Positions 19,249-28,473 of a stretch of 64,000 nt of DNA are shown piece by piece. The stretch is from Candidatus Omnitrophota bacterium (GTDB lineage: Bacteria; Omnitrophota; Gorgyraeia; Gygaellales; Profunditerraquicolaceae). The stretch covers positions 171,931-235,930 of the forward strand of contig JBAZKL010000001.1 of NCBI GenBank assembly GCA_041650835.1, read 5' to 3'. Numbering within the stretch: position 1 is the stretch's first letter; each line of letters opens with the position of its first letter. Both the position numbers and the translations under genes were made by a program. The notes beneath the pieces were generated by a model. That model saw only the letters and a list, made by a program, of their open reading frames with translations. It searched no databases and was not told where the DNA came from.

Positions 19249-20727
19249 CTATTGCGCGTATCCGATACTTTTCAATCTTTCTTTCATTTCACGGCTCAAG
19301 TCCGGCGCAGCTGCGGATGATGAGGGTAGGCGCCGGTAAGATCTTTTGTCCCGCTCAAACCCGTCCAATACTTTTTTAAGCTCCAGGAAGATCGCCTGCT
19401 GTGGCGCGGCCAATACGGGATCATTGAGCAGGTTATGAGCCTCCCCGGGGTCTTTGATCAGATCATACAATTCATAATCATTTTTGTAATAATCCCCCAC
19501 CTTAGAACGGAACCCCTGGCTTGCGTTTATCGCTTCCCGGCCAACATGGATCAATTTCCATTCCCGAGTACGCACGCTCAAAAGGCCGTCCTCCACATTA
19601 CTGAAGGCGTAGGAATAACTGCGGACGCTTTCTTCCGGAACGCTCTCCCACATACTTTTTCCTTCCATCTGCCGGGAATAACCGCGTATGCCGGCCATCT
19701 CCATTATCGTCGGCATCAGGTCAAGCAATCGCAGCTGACGGTCCGCAGGCGGATGATTCTTTAAACGGCGAGGGTCCCGGATGATCATCGGGACCTTAAG
19801 CGCGGTATCATAAAGCGTGAGCCCGTGCACAAAATAATCTTCATGCTCCCCCAATCCTTCTCCATGGTCGGACATGATTATAACGATCGTCTTACGGTAC
19901 AGGCCCAGCCGCTTGAGCTCAGCGACCAGTCGCCCCACCTGATCATCAGCCACGCGGATCTTTCCGTCATATTTTGCGCGATAGTAATCCACGTCGTCAA
20001 TGTTGTTTTCCACGACATATGTCGGAATACCGCCAAAATTTCCCGACTCCCCCGGCAAGCCGAGATCGATGATCGGCCTGCGCTCACCGGTTTTGAACAG
20101 CCCCTCGCGGTAAAATTCATCGCTATAGGGCAATGATGGATGATACGGCCCGTGGGGGGCCATGTAATACAGCCAGAGGAAAAAACTTTCATTTTTATGG
20201 TCATCGATCCATTCAAGCGCCCTGTCAGTCGCTCTCGCCGGATAAAGGTCTTCGAGCTCCATATACGAATCAAAACCCCGGGTGATCCCTTTCATTCTTC
20301 TTATGCTGTAGGGATGATTATTGATAAACGCGGTATGATATCCGTTATGCCTCAGCACGCGCGGAAAAGATATGATATCCGGATCGAAATACAAGACGTG
20401 CGTGCGGCCTACGACCCGGCGATGCACAAACGGGTAACGGGAGGTCAAGAACGACGGGACTGAACTCAGCGTATCCGGCCCCTGCGCGATCACCGGCTCA
20501 AACACCACTCCTTCTCTCGCCAGAAGGTCGATATTCGGGGATGTATTCCGGGAATAACCGTAACAGCCCAGATGGTCCGGCCGAAGCGCATCGAGGGTGA
20601 TCAAAACGATATTCGGTTTTTCTCCCGGGGTAGCGCGATAGCGCCAAAATAATAAGCCGGAGATAACCACCCCGCAGGCCAAAAAGAGCAACGCCGTTCT
20701 TTTACGTTTATCAGATATCATGACCAC
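19249..20727 (-). CDS. Sulfatase-like hydrolase/transferase (alkaline phosphatase superfamily), membrane-anchored
   Basis: N-terminal TM, then PNIVLITLDALRPDHLGCYG...TPNIDLLAREGVVFE. The formylglycine motif position reads LSSVPSF (S-x-P-x-F rather than C/S-x-P-x-R). Confidence 0.6.
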   Translation of the reverse strand: MVMISDKRKRTALLFLACGVVISGLLFWRYRATPGEKPNIVLITLDALRPDHLGCYGYSRNTSPNIDLLAREGVVFEPVIAQGPDTLSSVPSFLTSRYPFVHRRVVGRTHVLYFDPDIISFPRVLRHNGYHTAFINNHPYSIRRMKGITRGFDSYMELEDLYPARATDRALEWIDDHKNESFFLWLYYMAPHGPYHPSLPYSDEFYREGLFKTGERRPIIDLGLPGESGNFGGIPTYVVENNIDDVDYYRAKYDGKIRVADDQVGRLVAELKRLGLYRKTIVIIMSDHGEGLGEHEDYFVHGLTLYDTALKVPMIIRDPRRLKNHPPADRQLRLLDLMPTIMEMAGIRGYSRQMEGKSMWESVPEESVRSYSYAFSNVEDGLLSVRTREWKLIHVGREAINASQGFRSKVGDYYKNDYELYDLIKDPGEAHNLLNDPVLAAPQQAIFLELKKVLDGFERDKRSYRRLPSSSAAAPDLSREMKERLKSIGYAQ

Positions 20728-20749
20728 CCATTTACTTTTTTCGAATACG

Positions 20750-21817
20750 TCACAGCGCTTCTTGCGCGTAGTCCCTCTTTCGGCCGAAGTCGGAAGATTG
20801 ACACGATGCCAACACGCTTTTCCACCGCAGCGCCTCGAATAAGAACCCGGCGCCGTAGGCTAGATGTATCGTAGGAAAAAGCACAAGAAATACCCAGAAC
20901 AAGGAGCGATGTTGCGTTTCAATCGCTTTTTTCGCTGCATTAAAGAGACAAACCGTCAGATAAGCGTATCCCGGCAACAAATACCCCGGCCAGTGCCCTA
21001 CCAGGAGCGCGCCAAGATAAACCAGGAACATCGCCGGGATGCAATAAAGCAGATTATCCACGCGGAAACGGCATTTTGCAGCCTGGCATCTTCCCCTGCC
21101 GTAGGTAAAGATCTGCCGGCAGAATTCGGTGTAATTCTTGCGCCTTTCATGATAAACGGCCAATCCCGGAATATATACCGCCCTATAACCAGCGCACATT
21201 AATTCCTGAAGCAATAAGTTTTCTTCGGCGCAAATGATCGAATCGTTGAAGCAGATGTTGCTTTTCTCGAAAACCCGCATCCGGAACGCGAGGTTGCAAA
21301 GGATAAGCATCCGTTCATCGGCAGCAGACGGTTCCCCGCAGCGAGTATACCGCCGGCTCATCCATAACGTCCCGAAAAATGAACCCAGCACCGCGCCCTG
21401 GGCGACCTGGAACAGGTTACTTCCCGGCGGGGTCAGATTCGGCCCGCCGATTATATCCGCCCCAGGATAATTCTCCATACTTTCCAGCATCACCGAGCAT
21501 GTGTCGCCGGAAACAATCACGTCGTCATCCAGAAAATAAACCAATTCCGTCCGCACATGCCTCAGCAGGATATTACGCGCCTGGCCTTTTCTCGCTTTTT
21601 TTGCCTTCAGGAATTCAATGTTTTCGTATCGCGCGTGGTAGCGGGTGAGGATACTTTCAGTCGAGGGGCTCTCTCCGTTCAGGAGGATGAGTACGGCAAT
21701 TTCCCTGAAGCGTCGGCAATGCACGAGGCTTTCGAGAAACCGCTCCAAACTACCGTCCCGATCGCACGTTACTGTTACAATGGTCGCTTTCCTCATTTTT
21801 ATTATGCCGGCCGGCAA
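20750..21817 (-). CDS. Family 2 glycosyltransferase with C-terminal TM helices
   Basis: TIVTVTCDRDGSLERFLESL, YFLDDDVIV (DxD), hydrophobic C-terminus. Confidence 0.7.
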   Translation of the reverse strand: MPAGIIKMRKATIVTVTCDRDGSLERFLESLVHCRRFREIAVLILLNGESPSTESILTRYHARYENIEFLKAKKARKGQARNILLRHVRTELVYFLDDDVIVSGDTCSVMLESMENYPGADIIGGPNLTPPGSNLFQVAQGAVLGSFFGTLWMSRRYTRCGEPSAADERMLILCNLAFRMRVFEKSNICFNDSIICAEENLLLQELMCAGYRAVYIPGLAVYHERRKNYTEFCRQIFTYGRGRCQAAKCRFRVDNLLYCIPAMFLVYLGALLVGHWPGYLLPGYAYLTVCLFNAAKKAIETQHRSLFWVFLVLFPTIHLAYGAGFLFEALRWKSVLASCQSSDFGRKRDYAQEAL

Positions 21818-21972
21818 TCAGTATTTCCCAATTTGAGTTGTGGAGACGGAAATTTATACCGTACCCCACAGATACGATCATTAACAGGATTATCTTATCA
21901 TCTATCATACTGGACAACAAGACAAAAATCCGAGGAAAGCGTCTTGTTGAGCGCTGTCGCGAGAGGTAAGCC

Positions 21973-23616
21973 TTAACGGCATTGGAACAATTCAACTTCA
22001 AGGCCTCCGGCCTTACGGGCGTCTATCCTGGTAAACATATCCGCGAGCCGCGCGCGCACCTGTACCGCGTTTTCTTTAGGCTTCCACCCCTCATCAACGA
22101 TAGAGGATGCCAGCCATATCCTTTTCCACTCTCCCGGCTCAATGCCCAGGGCCTGAACCGTTGCTCCGGGCTTTGATTTTACGATATAAAGCGAAGTATC
22201 GCTTTCTTCAAAAGGACAAACAATCTCCCGCTGCTTCAACAACCAGATGATCACCCTGCTATAACGGGGAACAAAGAGCAGATACCGGCGGAAATTCCCT
22301 TCCGCCGGGGGTGGGGAGGGGAAATATCTTTTAAGAAGCACCTCGGATTCCTCGCAGGTAGCGGCAACAATATCGCCGTCCTGAAAATTATTCTTAATAT
22401 ATTCGATCGCCGGGGCATAATTCCTTTTGCTGCGCGTTCCCAGGTGATACTGAAAATATTTCTGTGACGTGGGCATAGTACCGGCGTAATGATCGGCTAA
22501 GGAGCTCACCAGCATCATCGCGGCCGCCGCCATTAAAGTGATCCGCAGAACACGGGAATTGGCCTGCGTCAATGCCAGCGCGACGAATATATACAACGAA
22601 AAGGCTACCGGCATCAATGCGCGGTCAAGGTAGACGGGGACCAGGCAATACGATACGGCATACGCGGCGGCGACCGGAACAATAAGAAAAGCGCTCAACA
22701 GCGCCAAGGCTTTCCGGTCGCTTCTCAGCGCAAACATCCCGTAGAGCGCCAGGGCGATAACCGCCGCCCCATAAACAAGATAGCGCTGTGGTGAATTATT
22801 ATATCCAATGATAACGTTGGTCAAGGTGATCAACGGCGCCTGCGGCGCAGGAAGGTTGATCCACCAAAAACAGTGTAGTGCCGAGGATATATCCCGCCCC
22901 ACAACAACGGCCATCAAAAACGCGGGAACAGCTATGCAGAAAGTCGATACTACCCAGGCCCCGGCAGCCGTTCGGCCCTGCTTACTCCACAGCGATACTA
23001 CTGAAGCCGCGATCAGGAATATGAACATATAATTCGTGTAAAACGCGGCGATCCCTGATAACGTGCAAACAATCCAATGAACATTTCTGCGGGTACGCAG
23101 TGCCCGGACATAATAATACGCCCAGAGCAGGCTTAAGAGCGTGCTCAAGGCGTACCCGCGCGCTTCCTGCGCGTACCAGACCTGCATCGGGCTCAACAGG
23201 AATAACGCCATTGCCGCCAGGCTTACCCTCCGGTCCAGGAAGAGCCGGGTAAATTTATACATCAGCGCGCCGGCAGCCACATTGAGTATCACCGAAAGGA
23301 CGCGTAAAGCATACGCGCTATCACCGAAAAGAAAAGTCCAGGGAAAGATCAGAAGGTAATACAGCGGCGAGTGCCGGTCGGCCGCGAAAGAGCGCGCCAT
23401 AAACTCCGGGATGGACTCCGCTGCCCAGCCTGCCATGGCAACAAGATTTTGATAGCTCCATCCGAAGGTAATAACTTCATCATACCAAAGATCGTACTTA
23501 CCGAGCTGATATAAACGCAGCGCTATAGCCGCCGCAAGCAGAATAAGAAACCACAACGCCTCTACCCTTGACGGCAAACTCCGTATCTTCCGGAATATAT
23601 CCTTAATTGTATCCAA
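21973..23616 (-). CDS. GT-C fold membrane glycosyltransferase (GT39/PMT_2-like)
   Basis: About 11 TM helices, first-loop DLWYDEVITFGW (DE motif), C-terminal ~170-aa soluble domain. Confidence 0.55.
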   Translation of the reverse strand: MDTIKDIFRKIRSLPSRVEALWFLILLAAAIALRLYQLGKYDLWYDEVITFGWSYQNLVAMAGWAAESIPEFMARSFAADRHSPLYYLLIFPWTFLFGDSAYALRVLSVILNVAAGALMYKFTRLFLDRRVSLAAMALFLLSPMQVWYAQEARGYALSTLLSLLWAYYYVRALRTRRNVHWIVCTLSGIAAFYTNYMFIFLIAASVVSLWSKQGRTAAGAWVVSTFCIAVPAFLMAVVVGRDISSALHCFWWINLPAPQAPLITLTNVIIGYNNSPQRYLVYGAAVIALALYGMFALRSDRKALALLSAFLIVPVAAAYAVSYCLVPVYLDRALMPVAFSLYIFVALALTQANSRVLRITLMAAAAMMLVSSLADHYAGTMPTSQKYFQYHLGTRSKRNYAPAIEYIKNNFQDGDIVAATCEESEVLLKRYFPSPPPAEGNFRRYLLFVPRYSRVIIWLLKQREIVCPFEESDTSLYIVKSKPGATVQALGIEPGEWKRIWLASSIVDEGWKPKENAVQVRARLADMFTRIDARKAGGLEVELFQCR

Positions 23617-23703
23617 CCTTCTTACCCCCTATGCCCCGCTCGTCGTACCCGCGCCCTCACGCATGTTCCCGGGATTACCCCCGGTCATTCAATAGCCACT
23701 TTT

Positions 23704-24834
23704 TTAACCTGTTCTTTTACGAAATCCCCATGAACTCAACGTAACAATCGATATCCCGATCATCAAAAGCGCCAGCATGTGGGGCCAAAGCACATCAAAA
23801 CCGCTGCCTTTTAAGAATATCCCCCTGATAATAACCAAATAATATCTCAGCGGATTAACTAACGTAGCAATACGCACTATTTGAGGCATATGAGCGATCG
23901 GGAAGATGAATCCGGACAACAGCGTCATCGGCTGTGCCACCATGAACATGGACATAAGCGCTTCTTGCTGAGTATTAGCCCGCGCGGAAATAAGCAGCCC
24001 CAGCCCTAACGTATTTATCATAAAAAGGCAGGAACCGGCAAGCAGCAACAGAAAACTCCCGCGGACAGGGACCTTAAGCAAGAAGATGGCTACAGCGGTA
24101 ATAATAAAGATATCGATAATGCCCACAATGGCAAAAGGAATGAGTTTCCCCAGAATAAGTTCGAAAGGCCGGATAGGACTCACTATTAACTGTTCAATAG
24201 TACCTATCTCCTTTTCTTTAACAATTGCCATTGCCGTCAAAAGCAGCGTGACCAGCATGACGATCATGCCTATGACCCCCGGGATATAATAATTGCGCGA
24301 CTCTAAGTTTTCATTGAACCAGCTGCGGCTTTGCAGTTCTACGCGAGGGATATCGCGGGCGCCATTTAACTGTACCTGCAACCTCGAGCCTTCGATCGTA
24401 GATGAATACCGTCCGACTATTTGGGTCGCGTAGCGTAAAATGCTCATTGCGGTATTTGAATCAGTCCCATCGACAATAAGCTGCACATACGCGGTCCGCG
24501 CGGAATGTAAATCCCGGGAAAAACCGCGGTTAATGCGAATTACGGTACTGACCAGGGTTTTATCCACAAGATCATTTTGCTCGGCATCTTTTGATATATA
24601 AAACTTCGGCAAAAAGTATTTAGTAGAAGTAAAACTATCGATCAATTCGCGGCTTTCTTTGGTATTGTCGAGATCGTAAACAGCAGTCGGGATTTTCTTA
24701 ACATCGGTTGAAACCGCGAAGCTCATAATGACCAACTGGATGACCGGGGTCACGAACATCACCATCCGCATTTTGGGGTCGCGCAGGGCTTGAACGAACT
24801 CTTTAATGATTATGGTCTTTATGCGTTCCCACAT
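23704..24834 (-). CDS. ABC-2 family transporter permease (YbhR/YbhS-like)
   Basis: N-terminal cytoplasmic segment, large periplasmic loop, 5 C-terminal TM helices. Paralogous to the adjacent gene. Confidence 0.75.
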   Translation of the reverse strand: MWERIKTIIIKEFVQALRDPKMRMVMFVTPVIQLVIMSFAVSTDVKKIPTAVYDLDNTKESRELIDSFTSTKYFLPKFYISKDAEQNDLVDKTLVSTVIRINRGFSRDLHSARTAYVQLIVDGTDSNTAMSILRYATQIVGRYSSTIEGSRLQVQLNGARDIPRVELQSRSWFNENLESRNYYIPGVIGMIVMLVTLLLTAMAIVKEKEIGTIEQLIVSPIRPFELILGKLIPFAIVGIIDIFIITAVAIFLLKVPVRGSFLLLLAGSCLFMINTLGLGLLISARANTQQEALMSMFMVAQPMTLLSGFIFPIAHMPQIVRIATLVNPLRYYLVIIRGIFLKGSGFDVLWPHMLALLMIGISIVTLSSWGFRKRTG

Positions 24835-25995
24835 TTATGCTACTCTTTTCTTAAATTTAGCATTTGTCAAGACGATCATCGCCAAAGCAAAGATCAGTAA
24901 AAATAAAGCCTGGGGCCATAGAACATCGAACCCCGCTCCTTTTAGGTATATACCCTTCAATATGGTAACAAAATGCCGGGCGGGGATAATATACGTGAGC
25001 AACTCTATCGGCTTTGGCATATTGATAATAGGGAACGCGAAACCGGAAAGCAAAAATGCCGGAAGGAAAGTAGTAATAAAGGAGATCTGGCTTGCCATAA
25101 ACTGATTTTTAGTTACTACTGAAATAAAGATCCCCCAGCACGATATTCCAGTCAGGAAAATCGCGGATAAAACAAAAAACTCCGCGATATTGCCGCGAAA
25201 AGGCACATGAAAAACAAATTGCCCCATAGTCACCGCGATCAGGATATCAACCACGCCGATCACAAAATAAGGGATAAATTTTCCGACGAGGAGTTCTTCT
25301 GATTTAACCGGAGTGGAGATAAGCTGCTCCATAGTGCCCCTCTCCCATTCTCTTGCCACGGTCAATGAGGTAAGGAGCGCGCAGACGATCATCATGATCA
25401 CCCCTATGAGCCCCGGAATTATGAAATTCTTGCTCAGCAGCGTTTCGTTGAACCAAACCCGGGGGCGCAATTCAACCGCATCAGTATAACGGGCGCCCTT
25501 ACGGCTCAACGCGTCGCCGGCAAGTGTCCTGTTAAACGCGCCGACTACCCCCTCAACATAGCCTAAACCGATGGAAGCGGTATTAGAATCGCTTCCATCG
25601 ACGATCAATTGCACCGGCGCTCTCTGTCCGGCCCCGAGTGAATGCGAAAAATCCTTTGGGATGACCAGGGCCATAAGGGCATTATTCCTGTTGATCTGCT
25701 CATCGATCTGGCCATATGTATCAGCGTAAGCTACTATTTTAAAATAACGCGAATTTTTAAAATTCAGGATAAGATCCCGGGAAACCGAACTATGGTCCTG
25801 GTCACGGATCATCAAGGGAACGTTGTCGACGTCCAGGGTAAGGGCGTATCCGAATAAAACAAGCATCATGACCGGTATAGCTATAGCCATCCACAAGCTC
25901 CGGTAATCACGAAAAACCTGGATGAATTCTTTCCTGATCAAAGCTTTAATTCTTTGGGGATTCATGAAAGCCATTTCCTCTATCGTGGGTTTCAA
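24835..25995 (-). CDS. ABC-2 family transporter permease (YbhS/YbhR-like)
   Basis: Same architecture as 23704..24834, directly adjacent (1-nt gap). Confidence 0.75.
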   Translation of the reverse strand: MKPTIEEMAFMNPQRIKALIRKEFIQVFRDYRSLWMAIAIPVMMLVLFGYALTLDVDNVPLMIRDQDHSSVSRDLILNFKNSRYFKIVAYADTYGQIDEQINRNNALMALVIPKDFSHSLGAGQRAPVQLIVDGSDSNTASIGLGYVEGVVGAFNRTLAGDALSRKGARYTDAVELRPRVWFNETLLSKNFIIPGLIGVIMMIVCALLTSLTVAREWERGTMEQLISTPVKSEELLVGKFIPYFVIGVVDILIAVTMGQFVFHVPFRGNIAEFFVLSAIFLTGISCWGIFISVVTKNQFMASQISFITTFLPAFLLSGFAFPIINMPKPIELLTYIIPARHFVTILKGIYLKGAGFDVLWPQALFLLIFALAMIVLTNAKFKKRVA

Positions 25996-26917
25996 TCAGC
26001 GAAACAAATACGTCTTCCAGTGTCGGCGGTATCTTCTTAAGCGCGTACTCTTTGATCTTTGATCTCCGGAATAATTCTTTAACTGCGATTATGGAACCTT
26101 CCGCATCCGCGCTGATGGCGTGGATCACCGAACCAAAAAGCGCGGTATCTTTTATTTGCGCGACGCCTTTAAGCTTATCCAGCCACGTTTCAGGTTGAGC
26201 TACCAGGACCTGTAAAACTTCCTCCCTCATAAAATTTGTTTTTAATTCCACCGGAGTGCCTGCGGCAATAATATCGCCTTTATAAATAAGGGCGATGCGG
26301 TCGCAATTCTCAGCTTCGTCCATATAGTGCGTGGTTACAAACACCGTAACGCCGTTTTTCGCCATCGTTTTAATAAGGTCCCAGAACCGTTTCCGGGAGA
26401 TCGGGTCAGTTCCCGAAGTAGGCTCATCTAAAAACAAGATCCGCGGCTCATGGATGATCGCGCAGCCCAAAGCAAGCCGCTGCTTCCAGCCTCCGGACAA
26501 TGTTTGCGTAAGGTGAATACGAAGCTCATCCAACCCGGCCATTTTTAATACCCAATCCTTGCGCTCTTGCCTTTTAGCTTTGGGTATCCGGTAAATACCG
26601 GAATAAAAATTTATATTCTCTTCAACCGTAAGGTCGTTGTAGAGAGAAAATTTTTGCGACATATACCCGATCGTCTGCTTGATAAAATCCTGCTGGCGAA
26701 TAATGTCGTATCCACCGACATGCCCCTCCCCGGAGGTCGGAGAGATTATGCCGCAGAGCATTCTGATAGTGGTAGATTTTCCCGCGCCGTTAGGCCCGAG
26801 AAATCCGAATATTTCTCCTCTTCTTACCGAGAAGCTGATCTTATTGACAGCGACAAAACTACCGTACTTTTTCTCGATAGCTTCGACTTCAACCGCGTTT
26901 TGGTCATTGATGGTCAT
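25946..26917 (-). CDS. ABC transporter ATP-binding protein (second YbhF-like half)
   Basis: Walker A GPNGAGKST, signature LSGGWKQRL, Walker B ILFLDEPTSG, plus a C-terminal extension. Confidence 0.85.
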   Translation of the reverse strand: MTINDQNAVEVEAIEKKYGSFVAVNKISFSVRRGEIFGFLGPNGAGKSTTIRMLCGIISPTSGEGHVGGYDIIRQQDFIKQTIGYMSQKFSLYNDLTVEENINFYSGIYRIPKAKRQERKDWVLKMAGLDELRIHLTQTLSGGWKQRLALGCAIIHEPRILFLDEPTSGTDPISRKRFWDLIKTMAKNGVTVFVTTHYMDEAENCDRIALIYKGDIIAAGTPVELKTNFMREEVLQVLVAQPETWLDKLKGVAQIKDTALFGSVIHAISADAEGSIIAVKELFRRSKIKEYALKKIPPTLEDVFVSLIETHDRGNGFHESPKN

Positions 26918-27635
26918 ATTTATTTATGGTTGAAATAAACGCCCCTTCAAGGGTTTGCGCGGAAAATTCTTTTTTGATCGCGTACGGGGATTCGCAGCGA
27001 AGCAGCTTCCCTTTATGCATAAGGCCTATGCGCTTACACCGTTCCGCTTCATCCAGATAAGCGGTCGAAAAGAATATCGTTACTTTCTCTTTTAACAGTT
27101 CGTAGAGGATGTTCCAAAAGTCCCTGCGGGATACCGGGTCTACCCCGTTTGTCGGCTCATCGAGGAAAAGGATCTTAGGCGTATGGATAAGCGCGCAGGC
27201 AAGGCCTAACTTTTGCTTCATCCCCCCGGACAGGTTACCGGCGAGCCTGTTTTGGAAAGGAAGCAGACGCGTAAAATCCAACAGCCGTTTTATTCGCGCG
27301 GGCCGCTGGCTTAAAGGCGTCATATAAACATCGGCATAAAAATTAATGTTCTCCATGACCGTAAGGTCTTCATACAGCCCAAAACGCTGCGGCATATACG
27401 CGATCATTTCTTTAAGCTTCTCGGAATCCTTTACGATATGGCACCCCGCGACCCACGCTTCACCGGAAGAAGGCTCAAGTATCCCCGTCAAGAGCCGCAT
27501 GACAGTGCTTTTACCGGCGCCGTCAGGGCCCACCAGGCCGAAGATCTCGCCCTCCGCGACATCGAGATCGAGATCGTCAACCGCGCGAGTCTTACCAAAG
27601 TCTCTGCGTAAACTGATCGTCTTTATAATTGACAT
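26904..27635 (-). CDS. ABC transporter ATP-binding protein (first YbhF-like half)
   Basis: GPDGAGKST, LSGGMKQKL, ILFLDEPTNGVD. Confidence 0.85.
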   Translation of the reverse strand: MSIIKTISLRRDFGKTRAVDDLDLDVAEGEIFGLVGPDGAGKSTVMRLLTGILEPSSGEAWVAGCHIVKDSEKLKEMIAYMPQRFGLYEDLTVMENINFYADVYMTPLSQRPARIKRLLDFTRLLPFQNRLAGNLSGGMKQKLGLACALIHTPKILFLDEPTNGVDPVSRRDFWNILYELLKEKVTIFFSTAYLDEAERCKRIGLMHKGKLLRCESPYAIKKEFSAQTLEGAFISTINKYDHQ

Positions 27636-27636
27636 A

Positions 27637-28473
27637 CTATTGTGCCGTTATAAAAGCGTCTGCCGGCATGCCCGGCTTAAGTTCAAGATCCGCGTTGTCA
27701 ACCGCGATCTTGATCCTATACACCAGTTTTACCCGTTCCTCTTTGGTCTGGATCTGTTTAGGCGTGAATTCTGCTTCCTGCGAAATAAATGAGATCCGGC
27801 CTTTGTAGGTTTTACCCGGATAGGTATCGGTCCTGATACCGGCATCCTGATTCAATTTAACTTTCCCCAGGTCCGTTTCATTAACATACGCGGTAAGCCA
27901 GATATTTTTCAGGTCAGCAACCGTAAAAATAGTCGCTCCCTCCGGGACAACTTCTCCCGCTTCTGCGCTTTTGGTAAGGATAAAGCCGTCAATGGGCGAA
28001 GTTAATTCCGCGAAGCCAAGCCGCGTAACCGCCAGCTCCAGCGTTGCGCGCAGGGCATCAAGATTTGCTTGCGCGCTATCGGCATTCGTTTTAGCGGCAT
28101 CCCGCTTTTGAGCGGAGATCGCGCCTGCCTGAAAAAGATTTTCCGACCTGCCATAATCGTCTTTAGCCCTTTCATAAATAAATTCAGCGGACCTCAAAGA
28201 CGCTTCCGCCTCATTTCTGATTTTCTCAAGTTCATCGATCTCAAGCCTTGCGACCGCCGCGCCCGCCTTGACCATTTCACCTTCATCGGTTAAGAGCTCC
28301 CTGATCTTGCCTGGGGCCCTAAAGGCAAGGCGAACGCCAGTTGTTTCAATATTCCCGGAAACATCGAGTGTTTTATGATTTAAATCTTTTCCCCTCCCTG
28401 CGTACCATACCGAGACACTCGCGATCAAAGCTATCGCTACAACAGGTATAATAATCCTAATTGGTTTTTTCAT
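27637..28473 (-). CDS. HlyD-family membrane fusion protein (YbhG-like)
   Basis: N-terminal TM, coiled-coil region, beta-barrel/lipoyl-like segments. Directly upstream of the ABC ATPases. Confidence 0.8.
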   Translation of the reverse strand: MKKPIRIIIPVVAIALIASVSVWYAGRGKDLNHKTLDVSGNIETTGVRLAFRAPGKIRELLTDEGEMVKAGAAVARLEIDELEKIRNEAEASLRSAEFIYERAKDDYGRSENLFQAGAISAQKRDAAKTNADSAQANLDALRATLELAVTRLGFAELTSPIDGFILTKSAEAGEVVPEGATIFTVADLKNIWLTAYVNETDLGKVKLNQDAGIRTDTYPGKTYKGRISFISQEAEFTPKQIQTKEERVKLVYRIKIAVDNADLELKPGMPADAFITAQ

